A stretch of DNA of 61,610 bases, filler included, from Choristocarpus tenellus KU-1152 (Eukaryota > Protista > Phaeophyceae), in NCBI GenBank assembly GCA_964200185.2. It is 9 parts of 9 records of this genome, joined end to end, with 100 filler letters (N's around TTAATTAATTAA, not from the genome) between each part and the next. Parts side by side here need not be neighbours in the genome. Positions count along the whole stretch, not along the records: positions 9,411 to 17,272 come from CAXNAD020005479.1; positions 17,373 to 22,063 come from CAXNAD020013446.1; positions 22,164 to 35,422 come from CAXNAD020001543.1; 6 more parts are not named here. One strand, written 5' to 3'. The notes under the pieces were generated by a model that was not told where the DNA came from, made no database searches, and saw nothing but the letters and a program-made list of their open reading frames with translations. The translations under genes were made by a program, and so were the position numbers. Below are positions 13,709-26,134 of this stretch, in pieces. How positions within the stretch are numbered: the first letter of the stretch is position 1; each line of letters starts with the position of its first letter.

Positions 13709-14377
13709 TCAAGCATGGTAAACCTGATGGGCTCTTGGCTTGCCATGATTGGGTTGTGCCCATTTCTTCTCCCTCGCCTCGTCATCCATATCGGAATCGC
13801 TCTCATCGCTAGAGCTCTCCCCAAAGTCTCGCTTCTTGTGAAATATGCAGCAGCCTACGAGTCCAGACGAAATAACACGAAGGGTGGAGGATTTAGCACT
13901 AAATTGAAGGGCAAGATATATACCGAAAGATCTGGAGCATTTGATGTGTTCAGAGATAGGTACTTGGAGAATGGTACTGGTGTGGAGAGCAAAAAGGTGC
14001 CCGTTAATAGAACGGGGCCAGAGTTGACACAACAGACACGTTCACAGATATAATAGAAGTAGATACGCCAGATATCAAGGTTCATCTATCCAGAACTAAA
14101 TCCACCCCACGTTTCTTCTCTGTAACGTGCATGGGTGAAAAACTCGTGTTGCTGTGTAAGCGGACTCACGTTTTGAGCTCTTCTTCCCCATGTTCTCGTT
14201 ATTTATGACATCCTCACCCCAAGTCACGCTGGGGCGAGCCCGTAGTCGAAGCGTCAATGTGAGGGGTGTCGACGATCCACCAGGTTCCTCGTTTGCCACT
14301 TTCTCCTCCTCCTTACTCTCCACCTCTACAGCAACTACCGAACCCCCTCCCACATCTGGTGCACGTGTCTCGGCCAT
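13709..14377 (-). CDS. PPP1R11: Protein phosphatase 1 inhibitor-3 (YPI1/PPP1R11 family), 2 exons: 14377-14170 and 13854-13709, about 117 aa
   Basis: Spliced product ...[44 protein letters not shown]...; RVxW-type PP1-docking motif and the family KSSKxCCI motif. GTGAGT donor and TAG acceptor, phases match. Confidence 0.95.
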
Positions 14378-14717
14378 TAAAAATAGATATATTTATATAT
14401 AGTGTACAGCTGGACACAACGGAACTAGGGCTGTTCAATAACCAAACAGAGAATTAAGAGAGTGATTTGTAGTGAAGGTGATCTTGGTACTGGTGGGAGA
14501 TCAACATCAAATTGGAAGTTGAGAGGTCCCTTGTCCAACTTTAAGTAAGAATATACAAATTACGACCGATTTATTCCGTATTCCATACTTCATGCCTCCC
14601 AAGACCTTGAATCCATACCGTGATCAACAATTTGATCCATACACAGCAATCAAATTTTCCTATTGACCACCTTCATCAACAAGCTCTTGGACAGTCGCTA
14701 TCATCCTGTCAAGACTT
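14378..14717. promoter_or_regulatory. Compact divergent intergenic region (putative bidirectional promoter) between PPP1R11 and the insulinase gene
   Basis: 340 bp between two head-to-head ATGs; contains a 24-codon in-frame upstream ORF at 14592-14666. Confidence 0.55.
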
Positions 14718-17137
14718 ATGCAACAAGAGACTGTTGCAATTTCTGTGTTGGACAATGGACTCCTCCAAATATCGGAACAGGATGACCGGCAATACAGGCA
14801 TATCACGTTGCCAAATATGATGCAGGCAAGATGTTCCTTGATCGTTCCTCGAACTTCACATCTACGTTCTTACCGTTTGGCATCGTATTAAGGGTTGCAT
14901 GTATTTAAATCGATTAATTAACCCGCTACCTTGCCCAAGGATTTCTCGTAAACATCCTCGCTCCTGGTTCTTACTTCTTCCTTCCATCCAGGTGCTCCTC
15001 ATCCATGATCCTGATACGGATAAGGAAGCGGCTGCGATGGACGTACGAGTAGGTCAGATGTCAGACCCCCCACACATTCAGGGAATTGCTCATTTATGTG
15101 AGCACATGCTGTTTCTGGGAACAGGTAAGGGTACATGTCAGGCCTCCTCGATTCAATAATCGAGCAAGTACCCCTTGCAGGCATCTCCTTACGTCGATCA
15201 TGGCACCCCTCGCTGCAGTCAGAATCTCCCATGACAGCCCTGTATGTATAGATTTGTTAGATTGCCTTATATTGCCCCCTCTTTGCATGTGATTGTCAGT
15301 TGGTCTTGGGATTTGGGTGATCATGGATGGTATCGGTCGGGCAGAAAGAGTACAAGAGTATAGCTGTAAGATATCTTTCATAAGCTAAGGACAAAGTCTA
15401 AGTAGATTCACGTGCTGATATGTCGAGCATCTCTTCTCATCGAATTGACTATTTGGGTGCGATTTTGCAATTGGGGTAGTGCTTCTTCATGCCTACATGC
15501 CCCCTTTCGTTACCAGTCACTGTGATCATTTTCCTGCGAGCTGCAAGGCAGTTAGATGTATCGTTGATGTTCAGGTGGCAACGGCACGAACACCTCACGA
15601 GCACCCGTTTTCCCGGCTTCCTTATGCTCCGTTATCTTGATCTCCTGCCACTCCACAGCGAAGTACCCGAACGAAAATTGCTATAATGCATTCCTCAACA
15701 GCCACGGCGGAAGCTGCAATGCCTTCACTAGTGAAGAGGTATGAGTGGTTTTGCATATATTGCAGCAATAATCAGTGCATTAGTAACTCTTTGTCTATCA
15801 ATATGGCAGGCCTTTGCCTCCTTCTGGACAAGACCTGTCAGCTGTGTTTGGATTGGGCAAAAGACTAACGCACAACACAAGTGCTTCAATTTCAATAGCA
15901 GGATGTGTGTGTGAGGTTTCCACAGACAATGGACTTTGAAGCTTTGCAAGACTAAAGGATTATTCAATAAAAATATTTCCTTTTGAGCTCCATTCCGCCC
16001 TCTAATGTGATTGAAGAGGAGGATGCAGGGTGTTAACCCTGATAGTAATACTGATGTAGCTATGATGTGCAGTGCATAGGTTGGCACTGCAGTTTTCAGG
16101 TTGGTTTCATATGGACCACTTCTTTACATGTTTCCTTACGTGACAATCCGTTTTATAGGATCATTGCCATATATAGTACCAAGTGAATATACTTTGGCGA
16201 CCCCCCCTTTGTTCTTCAGCTATACGCTCACATTGGGCACTTATGAACAATACTCCCTTTGTTCAATCTCTACGCCCAAAGGTTGTTAAGTCGATGATTT
16301 GCTGGTTTACTTCATTTGATCAAAGATTCTAGTCTCGTGGTGAAGTAGTGGAGATTGATGGGACACTAAGGAATGTAGGTTGGACTGTGAGTTACCTGCA
16401 AGAAGAGGTTGCATGAAAACTGGTATGGAGAGATAGCTGTATTGAAATGCGGGGGCCTGGCGTCGTTTAAGCAAGATAGTACAGCAGAGTCGGCCCTTTT
16501 GTGTGTCTTCAGTAAATGCCTTCACACAAACAGGGGATCTCTCCTACATTACGATATATGCCCAGTTTTTTTTTTTTAGTGTCTTAATTTTTTTTATGCA
16601 CTGATCGGTCGATTCCCCAATCACTTTGGCTTCAACCGATTTTCCAATACGGCAGCCAGGTAGTAGAATGTGCAACTACCATGCCATACACCCCATCCAC
16701 TAGAAACTCCTGTAATGTATTCGTGATTTTCCATGCAATGCTGGTACCCAGCAGAATAACCAGTGCAGCACAGAATGTGGGTTGGACTAAGGTGTGCACA
16801 TGCGACAGATGCAAAAAATAAAAGGAATTTTCCTGAGTGTATGTATGTATGTGTGGTGTATGTGTGGTGTATGTGTGTGTGTGTGTGTGTGTGCAGCTGT
16901 TTTTTATTTGAACATGACAACTTTATGTCTTGAATCTTTTTTGTTTATCATGTTAACCTGTAGGATACGAACTACTACTTTGATGTGAGCACGGGACATC
17001 TGGAGGGTGCCTTGGACATATTCAGTAGATTTTTTGTGGATCCTCTGTTCACAGAGTCCGCTGCTGATCGGGAGATCACGGCTGTTGACAATGAGAACTC
17101 CAACAACCTCATGTCGGACACCTGGAGGATTGTGCAG
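14718..17137 (+). CDS. IDE: Insulinase / insulin-degrading enzyme-like M16A metallopeptidase, 5' part. Exons 14718-14825, 14992-15124, 15659-15738, 16964-17137; truncated by the contig end
   Basis: [18 protein letters not shown]|[21 protein letters not shown]...[14 protein letters not shown]|AKYPNEN...[12 protein letters not shown]|DTNYYFDV...[22 protein letters not shown]; inverted zinc motif HxxEH; exon phases consistent. Confidence 0.93.
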
Positions 17138-17372
17138 GCAAGTCGTGGTGGTGACTGCGGAAAGTGTTGGACTGGGCAGTGGGGTGGAGGAGAGGAGATG
17201 AGAACAAAGGGGGCGGGGGGGGGTTCGCTGCAGAGCAGGCGGGGCTTGGTGAAAAAAAAAGTGGAAGATTTTNNNNNNNNNNNNNNNNNNNNNNNNNNNN
17301 NNNNNNNNNNNNNNNNTTAATTAATTAANNNNNNNNNNNNNNNNNNNNNNNNNNNNNNNNNNNNNNNNNNNN

Positions 17373-17394
17373 CCCCTCCCAGATACTTTGGGTC
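17373..17394. mobile_element. MITE family C terminus at contig start
   Basis: CCCCTCCCAGATACTTTGGGTC. Confidence 0.7.
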
Positions 17395-19220
17395 ATCACA
17401 TGAAATTAATCAGAAGGAATTCTGATTTATAATACCATTGTTACAGGCGCCCCTCAGAACTCACCTCCATAGGATATGCAACGACGCTATGAGGGGGGTC
17501 CAACAGGTGATAACCACGTACGGTGTCAGCCTGATGCTCAGCTCAATGTCTCGCTTTTCGTTTTATCAAAAGAGGTAACATCAAAAAGGAACTGAGGGCG
17601 TGGTAGTCCACATCAGCCTTCTATTAACATCATTCACCTTTTTTCTACAACCAAAGAGTCAGATGAAGTCTGCAAACTGGTAAGTAGATACTTCAATCAT
17701 AAATCTTTATTCTGCAACTTCCAGGAATTGACATATATTCTGTAAGATTATGTTTGAATTTCAAATCTTACCCTGCATCTCCTATCAAAAAAACATATAT
17801 TCTGTAACGCTACCTATGTGTTACTAATATCGTACATTGTTCGCACTTCTTAGAACACGAGAAACAATCCTCTCACTGTACGTCTGTCACAAATTTTCGT
17901 GTTTGCTAAAACATGGGAAGAAATGCTCGCGTATTCGCCTGTAACACCATCACCCATTCCTCTGTTGTGCTTTGGCATGTATTTTTCGAGTGAATGGAGG
18001 CCTGGAACGGCTGACCCAGAGAGAGTCCAACAAATTATTATGTGCAATGACCGGAAGGTGGTCAAAAAAATTAACTGCCAATTTTCCCGCTTATAAATAT
18101 TTACGTATATTTTCTCCTGAATATATTTGTGTTCACATACTTCTCATATTTTTAGGAGGGGGTGGGGTTCTCCATGGTATGGCAAACGAAAAGTTTTAGA
18201 CCATATGACAGCACTATACCCAACTGTTGGGATAAATACACACAAAAAATTATATGCTTCACTTGTAGAAAAAATATCTTACCTTCAAATAAAAGATAGG
18301 CAAGATTTGCACACATATCTTTGTCACTTTGGAATGTTTCGTACCAAACGGTTTAGATTGCATAAGGGAGGGTCGTGTTTATGGCAATATCTCGCTCGCC
18401 ATTATGTGAGCAGTGTACTGAAGGAGGAGCAGAATTTCTTCAGACCCTTACATCAGGCACCGATGGATTGAGCAAAAGGATAAAATTGAGCATCCGTAAT
18501 ACTATATAACTTGGAGAAATATTATTGTGAGTCCTATTGGTCGCAGAACAACTGAGAAAGGAGGAGGAAGGCAAGGAGAAGACAACCACACTTCAGGTCT
18601 TGCGTCAACAACACCTGCAATTCAATCTACTACATTGACAATGTGCAGTACGCACTTGCGAAAAAATAAATCCAATTCGGTCCTCATACATTTGCCACAA
18701 AACTCTGCCCAAGTTCTTTGTGGGTTTGTAATGAACACTTTCAAGAAAAGAGGTAGTATGCATAACCCCCCCTAAATCTATTTCCCATTAATAGTACAAC
18801 TTGAACAAAATCGTCGGGGCTCTAATCGTGCTGTAGAGCTATTTCAAAAGCATTCTAGGTCGATATGAAGGCACAGGTGTGGAAACACGGAGTGATATGA
18901 TGTTGCAAACATACAGGAAAATTACAATTACATACATATATTCTGGTGTCACCGACACTACCTCTGCTGGGAATGTTATTCTCTGATATACAGTGAACAC
19001 CAGACTCTCAGAGATATGCACATCAACATATAATATATACCTGGCACATTCTATCCGATCGAATACGAAATTGCAACGGAAACATCATCATATTTTTATT
19101 TGATCGCTTGGCATCAAAATTCAGTCTGTTGTAGTTGTAGGGAAGGAATGGAGCTTGATGATGTACTCATAGACTTAATTGTCTTACCTTGGGGCGTCCG
19201 TGATGTGTCGGCCTGTTTGA

Positions 19221-19581
19221 TCAGGTAGGTGGTTGTTGTGAGACTCTGTTCACCGGATCACCTGTATTTTGCCTCAATCGTGGGCTCAGGAATGTTTTCT
19301 TCCTGGACCTCTTGGCCTGAGACAATTGAAGCAAGGGAAAAGAACGCACACGAAAAAGTCGACATCAGAAATAGTAATAAGCTCAATAAAAAACGCCCCC
19401 TCGAGGAAGTGAGAGTAGGGCATGGATTTAGGGGAAGTGTTGCATCTTTCCAACAAAAAGAGAAGCGACATCCACACACCTCCTCTTCCTCCAGCTCCTT
19501 CTCCCTTCTCTCACGGAGGGCCTTGGCTGCCTCATTCCCCCGCTGCAGCCTCTTCCGTTCCCTCACTCTCTCAACTTCTTG
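19221..19581 (-). CDS. Probable last two coding exons (19581-19480, 19316-19221) of an unidentified coiled-coil/charged protein
   Basis: QEVERVRERKRLQRGNEAAKALRERREKELEEEE|AKRSRKKTFLSPRLRQ...*; CAG acceptors, GT donor, 102-nt phase-0 exon. No family recognised. Confidence 0.45.
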
Positions 19582-19699
19582 CTGAGGCAAGGGCGGCATG
19601 TCCATTCTAGGGTGAAAGAACATGCAAGAGGGGTGAGCGTTGGCTGCATGTTGGTCACATTTCCTTGGCGGAAAATTTGACACAGTGTGCCCTGTACGA

Positions 19700-20200
19700 C
19701 AGGCTTGAACAGGATCGGGAGGCAATGCAAAAAAATAAGCGAGCTTTGCCTCAAGGCGTACGCGAGCCAGAGATACATCCCCTATCCCTCGATGGACGGA
19801 GAAAAGGTGCACAGGGAAGCCCAACATCTAAAGAACGCAAGCTCGTCACTTTGAGCGGCCACTTTCGCCGTGAACAACCGAGGTTAGCCCCTTACAAAGT
19901 ATCTTCCAGGCTCGTGACCGACAGTGGTCTAAGCTGGCGAAAGTTGAGCGACAGGGGGATCTGATTACACTGTCCACTTGGTAGATAGAACAGAGGGCAT
20001 TTGGCGCTTGGGGCATGCCTTTCGACGGACGAAGATGAGTACAGCTTTGCACCACCTTTTTCATGTTGGCATTCATCCTCGGCAACCTCTACTCCAGCCT
20101 GAAATGAAGGAATTTTGATGATCCAACCAGCCGGGTGCTCATCAGGGAATGAGCAAAGAACCAACCTCGCGATCTGACTGCCAATGCGTCGACTAAGAGC
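19700..20200 (-). mobile_element. Decayed Ty3/Gypsy integrase fragment (zinc-binding region)
   Basis: DEHPAG ... PRMNANMKKVVQSCTHLRPSK resembles the HHCC-region WPxMxxxVxxxVxSCxxC motif; frameshifted. Confidence 0.5.
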
Positions 20201-21169
20201 TCCAGGCGAACCTCCAACGGATTCAAAACCTCCCTACTCGAACGCCCATGCCCAACCACATGCCCCCGCACGCACATCCTGGAACCCAAATTATCCTTGT
20301 CATTCCCAGTTCTCACCTGACCTTACTTTGCTTGGTATTCCCGCATCACATGGGATCTCCTTCTCAGTGCTGCAGACGAGCCTCTCCTCTTGAGCAAAAA
20401 ATTGCTCACCTTAGATAACTGAAGATATCTCGTTATTTTTTTAAGATATATGGGTTTGTATTTTATTAAATGAAAATATTTGTTTTATTTTCCTTCTTTT
20501 TTTTTACTTACTCAGACTTCAAAGTTGAAAGATGTGTTGCAATCTGAGCGTGCCTCATATTACCCCCGGTGGTGCACCTGTGTGTTCGCAATGATTTCAA
20601 ATATGGTATCTCTGCTCCTCACACAACATTATCAGCACACCACCTCAATCCCACACACCTGGGAACCAACCCTCTCTTTAGATAAACAACGAACTTCGGA
20701 TTCGTTTTCAAGAGGAATTGAACGATGTATTGATGGAGAGGGCATCCTCAACAACAACAACGAACAGCATTTAAAATAACAAGTGTCGCGGCTGTGGAAG
20801 AATCAGAGACCGTTAGGTTAGGGTCCGCAGCAACTTAGGGCAGCATATAGACTGAATCTTTGCTCTTGATAAACAGGTCACAGCCTGTAAATCATGCCCT
20901 TCATTGAAAAGCGGCTTCCCACTCTGTCCATGTGGGGTCGGAATAGACACTAGCCAGTCCACATTATTATCAGAGGAAGCAAACAAATAAGTTAGGAGGA
21001 GGGCATTGAAAGTGGTCCTGCTATACATGATGATCAAATATTATATTTCTGCTCTGCTAATAATAACTGCAATAATACCAACTCATAACACCACCCCTTT
21101 CATAGGAACAACGATGGTTGGTTACAACTGCATGTAAATCAGTTCAATACCAAAGGTGACAACGTGTAC

Positions 21170-21385
21170 GACCGACAGGACGAATCAGAGTGGAAGATGG
21201 CTGTGATCAGGTTCTTCGTGAAGAGCAGGCCCTGTTGGACATGTCGATACCATCAATACATCAAATACAAACCCTCTCCAGCAGGTCAAAACAGAGAGCC
21301 CTTCCATATTGTAGCTGATAAAATCTGATAGTGGGTTGACACAACTTGCTACGATGTATTGACACCTATGTCTACAACTTGACAT
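21170..21385 (-). repeat. Dispersed repeat, inverted homolog of 39480-39790 and 39950-40320
   Basis: Shared blocks such as TGTAGACATAGGTGTCAA and GACATGTCCAACAGGG. Confidence 0.75.
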
Positions 21386-21936
21386 TTATCCACCCACAAC
21401 GTGGGTATAGGTGAGGTATAGACACGCGCCATTGCTGATAACGCCTGCCTCTAAACTGCGATCTTGTTATTTTTTAGCAAGTCTGAAAATCTATCACATA
21501 CCTTGCTGAAATATTAGTGTCTTAGGGTACGTAGAAAATGTAACCTCCGAGACTGATTGTTATGCCTACTCTATAAATGGTGTTCTGAATGGTATTGATT
21601 TACTAAGGATATACTATCAGTTACAGAAGGGAGGAGGGTGGTAACTTACGACTGTTCCCTAGTGATACGAAAAACCTAGAGACAAGTGGTGGTGGTACCA
21701 TGATAGTTTCAGACTCCCCGGTACCAATATCTAAGGACGACACTTTAAAGATTGGATAGAGCATTTGTGCTCACTTTCTAGATGCATATATATAGTGAAA
21801 CCCACAAAAGTCGTCATGATTCACAACACGACAAGCTGTGCGATATCCTTATTTTTCCAGAGTGGTACACAGAATCAGGTACTTGTGGTGCACTCATGGT
21901 GCACTCGAGCATCCATTCATTATATGTGACTTGATT

Positions 21937-22232
21937 GAGTGAAAGTATCTTAGAGGGTACGAAATTTGCCCTGTTTGTCCGTTTGAGGCTTGGCTTCCCA
22001 TGCGTTTTTTATGACATTTTCCTACTCCGAAATGTTTCGGAGTAGGCAAAACGTACGCGTTATNNNNNNNNNNNNNNNNNNNNNNNNNNNNNNNNNNNNN
22101 NNNNNNNTTAATTAATTAANNNNNNNNNNNNNNNNNNNNNNNNNNNNNNNNNNNNNNNNNNNNATCAAAATCGCAACATTGGATTTTCGCCCCCAGATGG
22201 ACATGACTCTACCCTCTAAGATACTTTGACTC
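21937..22232 (-). mobile_element. MITE family B halves on both sides of a linker (21937-22063 and 22164-22232)
   Basis: GAGTGAAAGTATCTTAGAGGGTAC start and CTCTAAGATACTTTGACTC end; perfect CCTACTCCGAAA-TG-TTTCGGAGTAGG hairpin. The halves may come from different copies. Confidence 0.8.
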
Positions 22233-22706
22233 TGTGATCCATACATGCCCCCAATTCAATCTTGTACTGCAACTCAAGTTCAGCAATGCCGGACCTCAAC
22301 CACAATGGATTCATTTCTGTTCCCAACTCAACAGCCACCAGAGCGAGAGCTATTTGAAGAACTCCAGGGACATGTCTACCGCCAGGCAGAAAATGGATAC
22401 TCACTACCTGTTAGGGACGGGGGGGGGGGTGGAGTGCATAACGAAGGAGAGGAGGAGGACTGGGAAACTGAACAGATCCTCAATGATTTGGATCATGCTA
22501 AGAATTTGAAGAACAACTTGTGGTGAGATAGGCGATGAGATCATTCCAAGATTGAAGGGTAGGGGACATGATCCGAGGACTGATACTTAGAACAACAGGA
22601 TCGCTTTGTATCTACAACCTTCCCTAGAGTTGTGGCAATTTTCCCAGAGAGGACATGATGTGAGTTAGTTCTTAGACTAAATACCATCTCTCAAAGTTTG
22701 CAAGAC

Positions 22707-23227
22707 GAGTCAAAGCATTTGAGAGGGTAGGACTTCGTCAATTTGGGGGCCAAAATCCAATGTCCTGATTTTGATGTACTTTTGGCCATTATGTTTGTTA
22801 AGAAGTGTCAATATCCTTGTTCCAGACACACCTTTCATGGTTATATACATTATAGGTAACTGTGATCACATAGAAACCGAAAAAGGGCATAAAATACCTG
22901 TGGGAAGAGTGAAAGTATCTTAGAGGGTACGAGTTTTGCCCTGTTTGTCCATTTGGGGCTTGGCTTCCCATGGGTTTTTTTTTTTTTTTTTTTTACTCCA
23001 AAACATTTCGGAGTAGGTAAAATGTGTACGTTATGACAAGGTGTGTCCGGAACAAGGGTATTGACACTTCCTAAAAAATACGATAGCCAAAATTTCATTA
23101 AAATCGCAACATTGGATTTTGGGCCCAAAATGGACGCAGATCTATCTTCTAAGATACTTTGGCTTGGAAGTCAAGCCCCGAACAGACAAACAGGGCAAAA
23201 CCCCTACCCTCTTAAATGCTATGGGTG
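22707..23227 (+). mobile_element. MITE family A with a nested family B MITE (22907-23165, TSD GGAA)
   Basis: Family A sequence GTGGGAAGCCAAGC is split; GGAA at 22903-22906 and 23166-23169. Confidence 0.88.
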
Positions 23228-23598
23228 TTGGACTACACAGGTGTGCATACGGCTTGGTACATTCACATACCAGTAATGGTGTACTCTGAAATGACTTGCA
23301 CTGCATTGTCCATGTAGAGGTTTACTGCGTTCATCATCGTGCACTAGCTGTATATCCCCATTGTGGATACTGTTTTTTTTTAGGTTTGTCTCCCTGGTTG
23401 AGGGTGATGCCTCCCCCCCTCCCAGCATATTCTCTGAGTACAAAATAATCTGTTTTCTTTGTGTGTTAGTGTGTGGGGGGGTGGAGACAGGGGGTGGGGT
23501 GCTTGTGTATGTGGAACTCAAATCAATGGACCGATAACAAAAGTGAAGCACCCTAAACACGTTCAAACAAAACTGACTGTTTAATTGTGACTGCTTAT

Positions 23599-23850
23599 GA
23601 GTCAAAGTACCTGAGGGTAGAGCTGCGTCCATTCAGGGGCCAAAAACCAATGTTGCGATTTTGATGTAATTTTGGCTATCGTGTTAGGAAGTGTCAATAT
23701 CCTTGTTCTGGACACAACTTTTCATAACGTATAAGTTGTACCTACTCCGAAATGTTTTGGAGTAGGAAACATGACATAAAACCCCCCGAGGGAAGCCAAG
23801 CCTCAAACAGACAAACAGGGCAAACTCGACCCTCTAAGATACTTTCGCTC
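23599..23850 (+). mobile_element. MITE family B, TSD TTAT
   Basis: GAGTCAAAG ... CTTTCGCTC flanked by TTAT at 23595-23598 and 23851-23854. Confidence 0.9.
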
Positions 23851-24421
23851 TTATCCCCACCTGCAAAAGGGTTAATAACTTACCAACAGAACTAGCATTT
23901 AAATAGAGTGTATGTTTAACTCAGTAGGAATCCTGCCTCCCTTGTATCCCAATCGCCATCTCCTATCAAGACTAAAGAAGACATGTAGACCCAGATTGAG
24001 GTTTTCATACTTAGGGGCATTTGGCATAGGTATTGCCTGCTTTCATGAGCTTGACTGGTCTGAATCGCTCAATCTCGATAAACTGATCTAGCAATCAAAC
24101 ATATACTGCAAGCTCGCTGAGGGGAGAGTTCACTGTTTCTGCAGACTGACTGTGGTTACAGCGACTGTAATTTTTTCTACTTGTCTAGACTTGACCATAG
24201 AATCGAGCAACGAGCGCTACTATTGACCTGAGGGGTGGAGTACAACAGCAAAGAGTTCACTGGACCAGAATTATGCACATCCAGGAGTAGGATACCAGCA
24301 GGACAGTATGTGTGATTGACCAGCATAACATCAGGGAGCATAGCTGGTGAGAGGTGACGAAGGGAAGCCTGCACAAAGGGATGGGTCTACAGGAGGGAAC
24401 CAATGGCCAATGGTTGAAACA

Positions 24422-26134
24422 CTCCCTCTGTCCCATAGGTCTGAGCCGTTAAGTTGTAGCTCTTCAGGATGAGCTCCGATTACAAAACAAACCTTTTTGT
24501 TAGATTCCTTGGAATATTTTACACTAAAAAACTATGTCTCGCCTTTATTCAACACCGTCAAACCACCAATCCAGGCCCGCCGCGGAGGCCGCTCGGTCTA
24601 CTTTGACTGATCTAGCCAACCTGCCCTCCCACTGCCTTTTTTTGGTTTTGGTGTGCTCTACCTCGAAATCGCTTCCCCCCGGCGCCCTTAGCACCTTATT
24701 GTACGTCTTGAACAGACTCTGCCACTCCCTCTCAAGTGTGTCTGTGTTGTACACGTGGAGCGCATGCTTCAAACCCTCTATACAATTTCATCATCGGTGC
24801 CGCAACGCTCTGGCCAAACCCTGCTCTTCAGAGATGCAACAAACCCTAAATCATTGATGTTGAGGTCCGGTGACTATGCTGGCTGCATCACGAGCTTAAT
24901 GTTCCATCCCTCCTCTCTGCTGCATTCAGCTTCTACACCGTGCCCTTGCCTGTATGCGGAGTCACACCTTCCTGGTGTAGGGATGCCCCCCCCGATTCCA
25001 GCCATGGCATTTTTTCCTTGATCACTGGTAACAGCATCTGCTCCATGTACCACTCATCATTGACGATGATGTCGACCTTGTACTCCTCACCCTTCATGTG
25101 CCGCACTGTACTCCATTGCACCTCCTTCGTGACACAAACCTACCAGATCCCGACCTTGCCATTGAAATCATGGGAAGGATCCGGGTGAAAAACGGTGGAG
25201 ATGAACATCGCTTTGGGAATGTGCCTCTTGTGCTGCACCTTGATTGAGCTCACTTTTTCCTCCCCTGGGAACATGTGCACCATCGTGTGGTCACAGACGA
25301 GGTAGAACCACGCCTTGTCAATGTAAATGGTGTTGAGGCCAGTCCTTTAGATTTTACGGTTGCGGGAGATCTAGTCAAGGATGAAGTCCACCCTGTTTTT
25401 CTTGTGAGAAAACGAAAGGCTAGGGGTGACACGCCGCTGAACCCTTGTTGCCCCTATGGCTTCAAGCCAGCGATGAAGCTTTGAGGTACCGACTGTGAGG
25501 CCTGCTTCAAAAAAAAAAACTTGGCGGAAAGTTGGTCGATAGTCAAACTGTGATTGATGGTGTTGATTTCCCGGATCTTCGCTTGTTTTGTTGGCGTAAA
25601 ATCCGACAACGGCTGTCCAGCTCATGCTTGTGATTTCAGGAGACGGTATTCCCCCTGTCTAACTGTTCCTTGACGCGCGCCCACAACTGTCTAGGGTGTC
25701 TCTCTCCTACTCCATACTCTTTCGCCAATTTAGGCCCCACACTCCACAGGAGCCTCCTGTGACCTGGAGGATGAGCCAATGTGTAACGCAGACAAGTGTG
25801 ATCCGACCTTCCTCGGTCAGCTCGTAGTTCTTTCCCGAGATGGTGGACTTCAAGCCGGGGACTACAGGCTGTGGCGGCTCGCCATGGGGATTGTGAGAGT
25901 GTTGTGTGGTTCCACGCTGCAGAAGGAACATTAAAAAAATGATAAGAAAAAGCCCCATTCTGTGTTCCATTCTTTCGGAACTATTTTAGAACATAATTCT
26001 TCATAGAATTTATTTGAAATTTAGTTTTTTGATGTAAAATTTCCAGGGAGCTCAACGCAAAAGTCTGTTTTTGTAATCGGAGATCATCCCGAAGAGCTCC
26101 AACTTTGTGATCCAGACATATGGGACAGAGGGAG
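24422..26134 (-). mobile_element. Full-length (1713 bp) but inactivated plant-type mariner (DD39D/GT, Stowaway-like ends)
   Basis: About 80-bp imperfect TIRs starting CTCCCTCTGTCCCATA; TA on the right, CA on the left. Transposase motifs IDKAWFYL, KVQHKRHIPKAMFI, FNGKVGIW, GVTPHTGKG, SPDLNINDLGF with stops and frameshifts. Confidence 0.92.

Noticed and set aside
13631-14053. 140-aa hydrophobic plus-strand ORF
   Set aside because: Antisense shadow of PPP1R11 exon 2 and its intron.
17447-17573. Possible isolated exons (also about 20680-20780 and 52338-52495)
   Set aside because: Splice-like ends and open frames, but no recognisable homology or consistent gene model.
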